DNA of 64,000 nt. Origin: Mobula hypostoma (taxonomy: Eukaryota). Shown in pieces: positions 24,417 to 37,461 of this stretch. The stretch spans positions 45,448,001 to 45,512,000 of the forward strand of contig NC_086108.1 in assembly GCF_963921235.1 (NCBI RefSeq), written 5' to 3'. The notes under the pieces were generated by a model. That model was not told where the DNA came from, made no database searches, and saw only the letters and a program-made list of their open reading frames with translations. How positions within the stretch are numbered: the stretch's first letter is position 1; every line of letters begins with the position of its first letter. The position numbers and the translations under genes were made by a program.

Positions 24417-25369
24417 GTTCCTTTCATAATTCATCTTTTTCTTCCTAATGGCCTTTTCAGTTTCCTTCTGCCAGTTTTTAAAAGCTTCCCAATCCTCTAT
24501 CATCCCACTAGCTTTGGCTTCCTTATATGCCCTCTCTTTTGCTTTTACTTTGGCTCTGACTTTGGCTCTGACTTCACTTGTCAGCCATGGTAGTGTCCTT
24601 CTTCCACTTGAAAATTTCTTCTTATTTGGAATATCTGTCTTGCACTTCCCTCATTTTTCGCAGAAATTCCAGCCATTGCTGCTCTGCTGTCCTTCCTGCT
24701 AATGTTCCTTTCCAGTCAACTTTGGCCAGTTCCCCTCTCAATGCCATTGTAATTTCCTTTATTCCACTGAAATACTGACATATTGGAATTTAGTTTTTCC
24801 TTCTCAGATTAGCTTCTGGTCCTGTTTCCTTTGTTCTATCAATGCTTAATAAAACCATCATGAAGCAATGAGTTTTATGCCTCTTTCCTGACTGCTGAAA
24901 GAACCTTGGATTAAAACATTAGAATCCAACATTTGGAAACTAAGACTTACTAGTGATAGATACTGTTATATCTTGCTTGCATTGCCCTAAAATTTGTCGT
25001 AGAAATTTCCTCTCTGGTTCTGCACCTGTGATTCCAGTGACCTCATTAATTTCATGGCCTAGAGAACGGGACTGGCAATTGAACCAAATATCTTATTGTT
25101 TTTAATTACTTATATCTTTATTTTTCATTTGTATTTAATTAACATTTTAATTTTAATGGCTTTAACAATTTGTACATGTCAGATACATCTAAAAGCAAAG
25201 TAGTCTCACAGATTTTGACTAGAGATAAAACCCCAACCAGCTTTACCTCCTGATATAGTTTGTTTGAGTGCTTTGTGAAAAGGGGTCTCAACATTGCACT
25301 GCCTGAGGTCTACTTGTCACACTGCTGTAACATCCCGACCCTCGGTGCTGATGTTAAAATAAAGGATGC

Positions 25370-25680
25370 TTGAAACATCGGGTCAGGAAAGAGACTATCA
25401 GGCCTGTGGGATATACCCAGCAGTACATGCAACACTTGGGAAAGAGCCAAAATGCAAAATTGCAGATGGATGACTGCTGGAACTAATCAGTTCAAACATA
25501 GACAGAGTGAATAACTGAGTTGCTTAAAGTTGGGAAATTCAGTATTGAGCTCAGAGGCTGCGGTGTTGAAGATTGAGGTGTTGTTCCTCTACCATTCATT
25601 GGGCCTCACAGTAATAGAGCAAGAAGCCCAGCTACATTGGTCAGCTTGGGAGTGGGATGCAGAATTAAAGAGGCTATTTG
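25370..25680 (-). mobile_element. Old PLE 3' remnant
   Basis: gttgggaaattcagtattgag...gaggtgttgttcctc...ttgggagtgggatgcagaattaaa resembles the 1355-1510 PLE end. Confidence 0.5.
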
Positions 25681-25999
25681 ATCGCTTTTGTGTTAGCTTC
25701 CAATAGCTTCAATATAATATTCTCATCGTGCAATTTAAGTCCTTTCATCGCTTCATCTCTTCCTAGTCAATCCTCCCATGTGCTACAGTAATTGATCTCA
25801 GTAATCAATATTCCTTCAACTCTGGCATCTCCCACATTTTAATCCCATTAATATTAGCTGTGTCTTCAGCTCTCCAAACAGGACACCTTTTTAATTCCTC
25901 CTCCCTAAACTTTTCCAACTCCTTCATCTATAAAAGCTCTTAAATCTTATAGTCACCTTCTCTACATATTTCCTGCTTCAATTCTGTGTGCACCTTCTC

Positions 26000-27310
26000 A
26001 TTAAATTCAAAGTAAATTTACTATCAAAGTACATATATGTCACCATATACTACCCCGAGATTCATCTTCTTTGGGCATACGAAAAACACAATCGTATCAA
26101 TGAAAAACTGTGCACAACAAAGATGGACGATGTGCAAAAAGCAACTAATTGTGCAAATGCAAAAGAACCCCTAAACAAACAAATATATAAATAAATAGAT
26201 AGATAAATAAATAAATAAATCTTGCAAGCATGCGTTATAGAGTGCTTGAAAGTGAATCCATAGTGTGTGGAATCAGTTCAGTGTTGGACTGAGAGACGTA
26301 TCCCCTCTGTTTCAAGTGCCTGATGGCTGAGGAGTAATAATTGTTCCTGATGGTGGTGTAGAACCTGATGGCAGCAGCAAGAACAGAGAAAGCCCTGGAT
26401 GGTGGGGGACCTCGAAGATGGATGCTGCTTTCTTGAGGCTGCACTCCTAGGTGTGCTCACGGATGGGGAGGGCTTTGCCTGTGACAGACTGGGCTGTAGA
26501 TTTTTCTTTTCAAGAGCATTGGTGTTTCCATACCAGACTGTGATGTAACCAGTCAGTACACTCTCCACCACACACCTAGAAAAGTTTGTCAAAGTTTTAA
26601 ATGACATGCTGAATCATAGCAAATTTCTAAGAAAAAAAAGGTGCTGTCTTACCTTCTTTGTAATGGCACTTACGTGCTGGCCCCAGGACTACCTTCTGAA
26701 ATGATAATGCCGGGGAATTTAGTTACTGACCCTCTCCACTCTAATCCCCTGGTGAGGACTGGCTCATGGACCTTTGGTTTCCTCTTCCTATAGTCAATAT
26801 CAGCTCTTTGATTTTACTGACATTGAGTGAGAGGTTGTTGTTGTGGCATGATTCAGCCAAATTTTCAGTCTCCTTCCTACAGTACATGCTGATTCATTGC
26901 CAACTTTGATTCGGCCGATGACAGTGGCATCATCAGCAAACTTAAATACGGCATTGGAGCTGTATCTAGCCTTACAGTCATAAGTATAAAGTGAATAGAT
27001 CAGGGGGCCGGGCACACAGCCTTGTGGCGCACGTGTGCCGATGGAGACTGTGGAGGAGAAGTTGCCAATCTAAGCTGATTGGGGCCTACAAGTGAGAAAA
27101 TCAAGGATCCAATTGCACGAGGAGGTCGTGGAGGACCATGTTTTGGAACTTATTGATCAGTTTTGAGGGGATGATAGCTTTGAAAGTAGAGCTGCGGTTA
27201 ATGAAGAGCATTCTGCTGGAACGCCTTCACTCTCCAGATGTTCCAGACTTGAGTGAAAAACCGATGAAATGGCATCTGCTATTGACCTTTTGTGCTGGTA
27301 GGCAGATTAG
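26000..27310 (-). mobile_element. Rex1/Babar-like LINE fragment
   Basis: PLIYSLYTYDCKARYSSNAVFKFADDATVIGRIK; VESVLTGYITVWYGN; 3' tail near 26000. Confidence 0.85.
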
Positions 27311-27512
27311 AATGGATCCAAGTCACTCCTAAGGGAAATTTAGATAACTGGATTAACAATATTAAAAAGGGTAATGTGTTTCTGTCAAGTCACTATGAAA
27401 TGTCGTTTCTGTGGTTAATCTTCCAGAACACCCATACCCTATTATATCCGAATTTACCGTGTGTTGTGGGCCGAAACAAGCAGGTTTTGCTCTATGGTCA
27501 TGGTTCAGATGT

Positions 27513-27620
27513 TTATTCTTGATGCAGCATGTCTCCACCAGCGGACAGTGTATTGATCATAGAATCATTACTAGGAGATGCTGCTTGGCTTTCTGGTATT
27601 GATTTAAGAGGAAGATGGAC
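27513..27620 (-). CDS. Candidate coding exon (phase 0 to stop) of an unidentified host gene
   Basis: Acceptor ...ctttcaatgacaacttgctcag|GTC; VHLPLKSIPESQAASPSNDSMINTLSAGGDMLHQE*; apparently non-repetitive sequence. Confidence 0.3.
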   Translation of the reverse strand, partial: VHLPLKSIPESQAASPSNDSMINTLSAGGDMLHQE

Positions 27621-28817
27621 CTGAGCAAGTTGTCATTGAAAGACAGCTTAGAATGAAATGACCTTCACATGCACCTGGTGGCCAAAATCCACAGAGGCTG
27701 TCAAATTTAGCACCACTCCCAACCTCTGTATTCTTTTGAATTGCATATTTAGCATATCTTTGTCAATTCTGGAGAAAGTGACTTGGTTAGTTGTTATACC
27801 TTTCCATGGAGGTAGTCAGGAATCCTGGAAGTGAAATGCTAATGAAAATCAAAATATAAGATATGGAAATATAAGACATGAAAAAAATATGCTGACAATG
27901 CTCATCGGCCCATGTAGCACACATGGAAAGAGAAATAGAGTTTAACTGAACTGGTGAGTGTTTCCGGCATTTTCTGATTTTATTGAAATGATAACACTGT
28001 GACTCGAGTAATGAACCATGACAGATTTGTCACACATCTATAAGTTTCACATGTACTACCAAAACTCTTTGCTGTAACCTCCCAATTTCCCTCTCCCCTT
28101 GTTCTGTCCCAATGAGAAATTAAAATGCGGCCCCATGAATTTTCTATGTCCCATCCTCATTCTCTGCCTGATAGTTAGAAGGTTACAGAGGTAGAATGAG
28201 AAAAGGATAGATCAGAAAGCTGTGTTCAAAACATTTCCTAATTTAAAGAAGTGCTTTGGGGGAAGTGTAGGAAGGTACATTCCACTTTGACTAATACAGC
28301 AACAGAAAGGAGGGGAAAAGAGTGAGATCAAATCCCATTAATTTGCATTTGAGATCTTATATGGTGCTGCTTTCAGTAAAAATAAAACAAGGATCTGATT
28401 TGAGGGATAAGAAGTGAAGACTTTGTAGTGAGAAAATGCGAAAGTATAGGGTAAGGAGAAGGTGATCCAGGTGAAGTTTGCATAAGTATTAAAGCACTGA
28501 AGCTGTGATGATGTCTTTGCTGTGGGATAAGAATCAAATGACTCATTCTTTTGTCCTTCCAGTGGGGGTCATATTGCATTCAAGTTGTGGAAGGCTCGGT
28601 TTCAGATATGCAGCATAGAAACTGAAGGTTCATACATTTCTCTTCTGTTCCAAATTTCGCTAATAATGAACTGAAATACATTTCATATAAAATAAAAACT
28701 GTTGCTAATAGAAGCTACATCCCTATGAAGAAATGAAGAATGGCCAATAATTGTTTGATATATCTAGTTTGCCACTGTAAAATCTGAGGTGCTTATAGTT
28801 TTGCAGGTAGGCCCCTC

Positions 28818-28996
28818 TGTAGTGTACGACTCTATTTCTTTTAGCGCAACGACTCCCCTTAGCGCTAGTTATTGACTGATAACTTACCCATATGCATTGT
28901 CCGGTTGTTCTCTCTCTGCAAATTGAATATATGAGTTAACTTCACCTCTGAATACGTGCCTTTATTAATCTGATATGTACTTGTACAGGCACAACA
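28818..28996 (+). repeat. Gypsy 5' LTR
   Basis: tgtagtg...tctatttcttttagcgcaa...acaaca; aligns by eye to 37462-37638. Followed by a degenerate PBS-like ttgctgaccagtatg. Confidence 0.85.
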
Positions 28997-31900
28997 AATT
29001 GCTGACCAGTATGAACCTGAGTATCCGCGAATATCACCAATTGCACCGACAGTAGTGAGATGACGGAACTCAGAGGAAGGGAGAGAGACAGCGAGAGGAA
29101 AGAGTGAACCAGTATAGGGAAGGCTGTCACGGATGCTAACACAGGGATGTGTGAGTGACAGAGCACAGTACACAATGAGAAACGCATAAATAGCAAAGCT
29201 AAAGTGAAAATAATGTGACGTTGGCCTTAGTCAGGAAAATTGGTGAATTTGATAGTGCTAATGAGAACTGGGGATCATATATTGAGAAAGTTTATCTATA
29301 TTGTAATGCTAATGATGTGGATGAAGAAAAGAATATATCCACACTTCTTAGTTGAATGGGTGATAAAACATACAGTCTCTTGTGCAATTTAGTAACTCCT
29401 GAAAAGCCAGCAGGCAATATGTTTGACAAAACTGTTAAAATTTTTCAAAATCACTTGAGCCCAAAACAGCTAGTAATAGCTGAGAGATTTAGATTTTACA
29501 AAAGGAACCAGTCAAAGGATGAAACCATTTCTAAATACATTGCAGAACTGCACAAACTTTCCCAATACTGTGACTTTGAAGATGGAATTTCTGATGCATC
29601 AAGAGGTAGGCTTTTATGTAGAACGTATAGTCATAGCACTCAAAAGAAGCTGCTGTCAGAAAGAGATCTCACCTTAGAACAGGCATCAATCATTACAATA
29701 TCAATGGAGATAGCAGCAAAAGATGTGTCAGAACTACAGAAAAAAGTGTAGAATGTGAAATGCTCAAAATGTCTCTGAATAGTGTAAAAAGCCAAAAATG
29801 TCATCAATATGACAAATCCTCCCATGATGCAAATGACTGTTGGTTCAATGAAAAAGTTTGCAGAGTGTCACAGACAAGGTTACATATAGAGAGTCAGACA
29901 AAAAAAAGCACAGCCAAAGAGTAAAACCACATAGAGTGAAAAGTTTCATACACAAAACTAAACAAATGCATAGTGACTGAATGCGAAACACTGAATCAGG
30001 CAACACAGTCTGTCAAAGGTGAGCTGTCATAGCTAGAACTGCATAGCATTACTGAAGCATATCGCAAAATCATCTGAATCACAACAGATGTTTCTGGTGT
30101 CACACTGAAAATGGAGCTGAATACAGTGACAGCTTTATCTGTAATTTCAGAGGATGACTACAACAGACTGTTTTCTAAGCTACTATTAGAAAAGACCTCA
30201 GTGATGCTAAAGATCTACACAGGCAAAAAAGTGTCTCCCAAAGGCAAACAGAAAGTGAATGTCATGTATGGAGGCAAAAGGCAGCAGTTAGAACTTGATG
30301 TGTTGAAATGTGGAGGGCCAGCACTTTCGGACGTGAATGGTTGTGAAAAATCTAACTAGACTGGAACGCAATCATAGCTCTCAATGTATCATCAACAGGC
30401 AACTGCAGCCCAAATGGTAGCACTAACCAGAGACTGGCACGGCTGCTTAACGCTAATGAGAAGGTGTTCAAAGGCATGAAGCTCAGAAATGAACTGGATG
30501 AAGCAGCAACACCTAGATTCCATAAAGTGCGTCCAATGCCATACACACTACATCCTAAACTGGATGCTGAACTTCAGAGCTTGGAGACATCTGGCATTCT
30601 CTCCAAGGCTGAGTGGAGTGATTGGGCCAAGACCATTGTCCTGGTGATCAGGAAAGGGAAGGCCAGAGCTGTTCGCATGTGCAGGCACTTCAAAATGAGC
30701 ATCAACCCTATGCTGCATACTGTGCAGTACCCCCTGTCGTGAATAGAAGATATTTTTGCATCTTTGGCAAGTGGGGAGAGGTTATCAAAGGTTGACTTTT
30801 CACAAACTTATCTACAAATGGAGATTGAGGAATCAAGTAGGAAGTTCCTCACAATCAACATTCATAAGGGACTGTTTCAGTGTAATTGTCTCATCTTTGG
30901 CATTGTAGCAGCTCCAGCAATTTGACAAAGATCAATGGACCAAATGCTCCAAGATATCACAGGAAAATAATGTTACCTTGATGACATTATTGTGACTGGC
31001 AAGAATCTTGATGACATTATTGTGACCTCCAGAACCTTGTTAAAGTTCTTACCAGGCTGAGTGAGTATGGTCTGCATGCAAAGAGACAAATAAGAGTTTT
31101 TCAAGAATGAAATCTCATATTGTGGACATGTCACTGACAAGCATGGCTTACATAAGTCACAAGAGAAGATTGAAGCAGTGTGCAGGCACCCAAACTGAAA
31201 AATCTGTCGCAATTCAGGTCATACTTAGGTCTTGTAAACTACTGCCACAGACTTCTCCCAAATTTTGCCACAGTACTGCACCCATTGAATGTACTGTTGC
31301 AGATAGGAGCAAAGTGGGAATGGTCAGAAAGATGCGGAAAAGCATTCAAGGAAACAAAGAGACTAATCACGTCAGTTGAATGGCTCACCCATTATGCCCC
31401 ATCTCTGCCCATCAGACTGGTGTGTGATACGTCCCCTTATGGCATTGGTGTCATTTTCTCACTCACTATGAAAGATTGATCTGAACATCTGAATGCATTT
31501 GTGTCAAGATCACTGATGAGCGCAGAACACAACTACGCACAGGCTGACCAAGAAGCCCTTAATCTAATGTGGGGAATAAAGAAGTTCCACCACTACCTCT
31601 ATGGACTAAAGTTTACTCTAGTGACAGACCAACAGCCCCCGTGTCCATTTTTAATCCCAGGAAGGGAATCCCAGTGATGTTTGCTACCAGGTTGCAACAT
31701 TGGGCACTTTAACTAGGAGCCCACTCTTATAACATAGCGTTCAAGTGTACCAAACAACAGAGCAATGCTGATGGCTTGTCATGTCTTCCACTGTTGGCAA
31801 CTGAAGAAGAAAAGTCTTCATTCTGTGACCGAGCAGAGGTGTTCCACACAGCATTGGTGGACTAGCTGCCAGTAACAAATTCCGAAATACAAGGAGAAAC

Positions 31901-33781
31901 ATAAAATGATCCAACATTGTCAAAAGTCTATGGTATCACCCCGCAAGGATGGCCAACTCATTGTAATTCTACGTTTCCAGAGTTCTCAGTGAGATGAGAC
32001 CAGCTATTGGTATGTCAAAGCATATTGATGTGTGGATCTTGTGTTGTCGTTCCCTCTAAGCTGAGCACCAGAGTTGTTAGAGAATCTGCATGAAGGACAC
32101 CCAGGTACAGTTAAGATGAAGAGTGTCACACGGAGCTACGTGTGGTGGCCAGGAATAGATAGACAGATTGAAGACATGGCCAGAAGCTGTTCAGAATGCT
32201 ACAAGGTTCAAACTGCACCCCAACAGGCAGCTTTATTCCCCGGGAATGGCTGTCTTCACCGTGGCGAAGAGCACACATTGACTTTGCTGGGCCATTCATG
32301 GACTCCAAGTTTCTGACTGCTGTGGATGCTCATTCAAAGTGGCCGGAGGGCATACCAATGAAGTCAACCACATCAGAAAAGGCTGTCTCAGCTCTGAGAA
32401 CTACCTCCTCCAGAAATGGCTTACCTGAACAAACTGAATGACAACGGACCACAATACACCTCAGAGGAGTTCAGACTATTCATGAAGAAAAATGGCATCA
32501 AGCATTTCAAGTTAGCACATCACCACCTAGAAACAAATGGGTTGGCTGAAAGGTTTGTCCAACGCATTCAACAGGTCCATTAAAGCTATGGACAAGGAGG
32601 ACACTTCTGTTCAGCATAAGGTGGACAAGTCCCTTTTTGTGTATCGGAATTCTGTTCATGCGATGTCAAGTCAAACACCTGCAATGCTGTTCATGAGCAG
32701 GAGTCTGAGATCTGGCATAGACCTCCTGAAACCAGACCTCCTGTACAGAATAAACAGTTCAGCCAGTTGCCAAGTAAATCAACAAGGAAGTCCTAGCGAG
32801 TGATTACCAAGAAGACAAGTGGACACCCGGTAGGATAGCTACAAGAACAAGACTACTGATGTATGCAGCGGATGTTGGAGATCATACATACATGTAGATG
32901 TCATATGGACCAAATACTGGATGCCCAGCCAAAGAACACACCTGGGTTGTCTGCATCCGACAAGTCGGACACATTACATCAACCGGTCTTACCTCTCAGT
33001 GATGGTCACGTCACCAACAGCAATGTGACACCTGCAAGAGAAAGCTGTCTTTGGCAAGACACCTGCCAAACCTAATGCCACTCCACAGGTCCGGGGGCAC
33101 TATCCTAAGAGAAACAGCACCACCAAAAAGAATGGATCTTTAGGATAGTGAAGGTAGTTACAGACTGTTATTTTAAAAATATCAAACAAACGCTGCTATT
33201 GTGAAATCCTGTTTATTTGAGCGTGGTCTATTAAAAGGAAATTGAATGTTTTGTTTGTAATGCCCTGGTTCATATTTTTTACTGTTATGCTGTTTGTATT
33301 TCTTTTAGCAGTTCTGTAAGAGCAGTCTGTTCTGTTTTCAGCTTGTTTGGGTTATTGTTGAAAATAAGAGATGAGGAGAAATGTGTGCCATCCAATCAGG
33401 ATGGTCGAATTAAGGGGAGGTTTCTCTGGTGAGGGACACAAAGGTAGGGCTTGGATCTTTTGTTTGAGAGGAGATGAAGAGGGAAGACGCGGGAGAGAAG
33501 AGGTCATAGGATTCTATGCCACGTGGGACCGTGATTCGATGAAGCTAGGAGCAAGATCAATTGAGGATTGGTGACTATGGAGAAACTTTGAGCCCCAACT
33601 TGTGCACATTTGACTGTTTCATTAAAACGGGCCCTTTTCTTTTTGTTCTTTTCTTTACTAACCCTTTAATCAAATTAAGATTCATAAATATAATCTTTCA
33701 ATCGTATGCAGTGTACTGTCTGTTACTCTGTGGCACTAATTTGTAACAGGGTAATGAATTATACAGCATCCACACAAACAG

Positions 33782-36700
33782 AATTCAGAATTCAGAATCA
33801 GGTTTATTAACACCGGCATGTGACGTGAAATTTGTTAACTTAGCAGCAGCAGTTCAATGCAATACATAATTTAGTGGAGAAAAATAATAATAATAATAAT
33901 AAATAAAACAAACATAATAATGATAAATAAATCAATTACATATATTGAAAAGATTTTAAAAAGTGAAAAAGCAGAAATAATGTATATTAAAAAAAAGTGA
34001 GGTAGTGTCCAAAGCTTCAATGTCCATTTAGGAATTGGATGGCAGAGGGGAAGAAGCTGTTCCTGAATCGCTGAGTGTGTGCCTTGAGGCTTCTGTACCT
34101 CCTAGTTGATGGTAACAGTGAGGGAAGGACATAGAAACATAAAAAATAGGTGCAGGAGTAGGCCATTCGGCCCTTCGAGCCTGCACCGCCATTCAGTATG
34201 ATTATGGCTGATCATCCAACTCAGAACCCTGTACCAGCCTTCCCTCCATACCCACTGATCCCTTTAGCCACAAGGGCCATATCTAACTCCCTCTTAAATA
34301 TAGCCAATGAACTGGCCTCAACTGTTTCCTGTGGCAGAGAATTCCACAGATTCACCACTCTCTGTGTGAAGAAGCTTTTCCTAATCTCGGTCCTAAAAGG
34401 CTTCCTCTTTATCCTCAAACTGTGACCCCTCGTTCTGGACTTCCCCAACATCGGGAACAATCTTCCTGTATCTAGCCTGTCCAATCCCTTTAGGATTTTA
34501 TACGTTTCAATCAGATCCCCCCTCAATCTTCTAAATTCCAACGAGTATAAGCCTAGTTCATCCAGTCTTTCATCATATGAAAGTCCTGCCATCCCAGGAA
34601 TCAATCTGGTGAACCTTCTTTGTACTCCCTCTATGGCAAGAATGACTTTCCTCAGATTAGGGGACCAAACCTGCACACAATACTCCAGGTATGGTCTCAC
34701 CAAGGCCTTGTACAACTGCAGTAGTACCTCCCTGCTCCTGTACTCGAATCCTCTCGCTATAAATGCCAGCATACCGTTCGCCTTTTTCACCGCCTGCTGT
34801 ACCTGCATGCCCACTTTCAATGACTGGTGTATAATGACACCCAGGTCTCGTTGCACCTCCCCTTTTCCTAATCGGCCACCATTCAGATAATAATCTGTTT
34901 TCCTGTTTTTGCCACCAAAGTGGATAACTTCACATTTATCCACATTAAATTGCATCTGCCATGAATTTGCCCACTCACCTAACCTATCCAAGTCACCCTG
35001 CATCCTCTTAGCATCCTCCTGACAGATAACACTGCCGCCCAGCTTCGTGTTATCCGCAAACTTGGAGATGCTGCATTTAATTCCCTCATCCAAGTCATTA
35101 ATATATATTGCAAACAACTAGGGTCCTAGCACTGAGCCTTGCGGTACCCCACTAGTCACTGCCTGCCATTCTGAAAAGGTCCCGATTATTACCACTCTTT
35201 GCTTCCTGTCTGCCAACCAATTCTCTATCCACATCAATACCTTACCCCCAATACCCTGTGCTTTAAGTTTGCACACTAATCTCCTGTGTGGGACCTTGTC
35301 AAAAGCCTTTTGAAAATCCAAATATACCACATCCACTGGTTCTCCCCTATCCACTCTACTAGTTACATCCTCAAAAAATTCTATGAGATTCGTCAGACAT
35401 GATTTTCCTTTCACAAATCCATGCTGACTTTGTCCAATGATTTCATCACTTTCCAAATGTGCTGTTATCACATCTTTGATAACTGACTCTAGCAGTTTCC
35501 CCACCACCGATGTTAGGCTAACCGGTCTATAATTCCCTGGTTTCTCTCTCCCTCCTTTTTTAAAAAGTGGGGTTATATTAGTCACCCTCCAATCCTCAGG
35601 AACTAGTCCAGAATCTAAAGAGTTTTGAAAAATTATCACTAATGTATCCACTATTTCTTGGGCTACTTCCTTAAGCACTCTGGGATGCAGACCATCTGGC
35701 CCTGGGGATTTATCTGCCTTTAATCCCTTCAATTTACCTAACACCACTTCCCTACTAACATGTATTTCCCTCAGTTCCTCCATCTCACTGGACCCTCTGT
35801 CCCCTACTATTTCCAGAAGATTATTTATGTCCTCCTTAGTGAAGACAGAACCAAAGTAATTATTCAATTGGTCTGCCATGTCCTTGCTCCCCATAATCAA
35901 TTCACCTGTTTCTGTCTGTAGAGGACCTACATTTGTCTTAACCAATCTTTTTCTTTTCACATATCTATAAAAGCTTTTACAGTCAGTTTTTATGTTCCCT
36001 GCCAGTTTTCTCTCATAATCTTTTTTCCCCTTCCTAATTAAGCCCTTTGTCCTCCTCTGCTGAACTCTGAATTTCTCCCAGTCCTCAGGTGAGCCATTTT
36101 TTCTGGTTAATTTGTATGCTTCTTCTTTGGAATTGATACTATCCCTAATTTCCCTTGTCAGCCACGGGTGCACTACCTTCCTTGATTTATTCTTTCGCCA
36201 AACTGGGATGAACAATTGTTGTAGTTCATCTATGCGATCTTTAAATGCTTGCCTTTGCATATTCACCGTCAACCCTTTAAGTGTCATTTGCCAGTCTATC
36301 TTAGCTAATTCACGTCTTATACCTTCAAAGTTACCCTTCTTTAAGTTCAGAACCTTTGTTTCTGAATTAACTATGTCACTCTCCATCTTAATGAAGAATT
36401 CCACCATATTATGGTCACTCTTACCCAAGGGGCCTCTCACGACAAGATTGCTAATTAACCCTTCCTCATTGCTCAATACCCAGTTTCTAGAATAGCCTGC
36501 TCTCTAGTTGGTTCCTCGACATGTTGGTTCAAAAAACCATCCCGCATACATTCCAAGAAATCCTCTTCCTCAGCACCCTTACCAATTTGGTTCACCCAAT
36601 CTACATGTAGATTGAAGTCACCCATTATAACTGCTGTTCCTTTATTGCACACATTTCTAATTTCCTGTTTAATACCATCCCCAACCTCACTACTACTGTT

Positions 36701-37320
36701 AGGTGGCCTGTACACAACGCCCACCAGCGTTTTCTGCCCCTTAGCGTTATACAGCTCTACCCATATCGATTCTACATCCTCCCGGCTTATGTCCTTCCTT
36801 TCTATGGCGTTAATCTCCTCTCTAACCAGCAACGCCACCCCACCTCCTTTTCTTTCATGTCTATCCCTCCTGAATATTGAATATCCCTGAATGTTGAGCT
36901 CCCATCCTTGGTCACCCTGGGGCCAAGTCTCTGTGATCCCAACTATATCATATTCATTAATAACAATCTGCACTTTTAATTCATCCACCTTGTTACGAAT
37001 GCTCCTTGCATTGACACACAAAGCCTTCAGGCGTGCTTTTACAACTCTCTTAGCCCTTATGCAATTATGTTGAAAAGTGGCCCTTTTTGATGCTTGCCCT
37101 GGATTTGTCAGCCTGCCACTTTTACTTTTGCCCTGGGTGCTGGAGGTCCTTAATAATAGATGCTGCCTTTCTGAGACACCACTCCTTAAAGATGTCCTGG
37201 GTACTTTGTAGGCTAGTGCCCAAGATGGAGCTGACTAGATTTACAACCTTCTGCAGCTTCTTTCGGTCCTGTGCAGTAGCCCTTCTATAGCAGACAGTGA
37301 TGCAGCCTGTCAGAATGCTC
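33782..37320 (-). mobile_element. Rex1-like 3' fragment (33782-34127 and 37130-37320), split by a CR1
   Basis: (attcaga)n tail; the sequence ...ggtaacagtgagggaagg resumes as tgccctgggtgctggagg on the far side of the CR1. Confidence 0.75.
34128..37129 (-). mobile_element. Young CR1 LINE with near-complete ORF2 (APE endonuclease and RT), one frameshift and one stop
   Basis: NARSIRNK..GITETW..GGGVAL..VYRPP..MGDFN; GPLGKSDH; RT motifs with KFADNTK; (tttctatg) tail. Near-identical to 12841-14962. Confidence 0.97.
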
Positions 37321-37461
37321 AGAACAGACGTTTGGTGTGCATAATCTCACGGGTTCGGTGGGGCCGGAGGTTGTCCTCCCTAGACTTACACCGCCAAGGA
37401 AACCAGGGAATCCATGTCACGTATACAGTTTTATGTTACATTAATCTAAAGGGGGAGGAAG

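Larger units (their letters stand above)
20481..24810 (-). mobile_element. CR1 LINE (third subfamily), decayed ORF2, split by a PLE
   Basis: ORFs 21977-22336, 21774-22007, 21396-21578 and 20581-21360 carry CR1 RT motifs; continues at 24417-24810; (cataagac)n tail at ~20481. Confidence 0.93.
10321..24918 (+). mobile_element. Decayed class I (gamma/epsilon-like) endogenous retrovirus: leader, gag-like segment, IN, env, 3' LTR; no pro/RT seen
   Basis: Retroviral integrase at 16040-16850, gamma-type env at 16996-19810, G-run PPT at 19967-19974, LTR TGTT...AACA; interrupted by a minisatellite, three CR1s and PLEs. Confidence 0.85.
19975..24918 (+). repeat. ERV 3' LTR (~0.5 kb net), split by a PLE fragment and a CR1
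   Basis: Starts TGTT after a G-run; ATTGG boxes near 20300 and 20343; TATAAAA at ~20394; AATAAA at ~24848; ends AACA at 24918. Confidence 0.7.
33256..37421 (+). repeat. Probable solo LTR of another family nested in the Gypsy 3' region, itself split by Rex1 and CR1
   Basis: Starts tgtaatgccctgg, ends ccaggg...gtcac; AACAGA flanks the inner insertion at ~33777 and ~37323. No clear outer TSD. Confidence 0.5.

Noticed and set aside
34221..37021. Active full-length CR1
   Set aside because: No ORF1 or 5' UTR, a frameshift near 36475, a stop at ~35118 and FADN.
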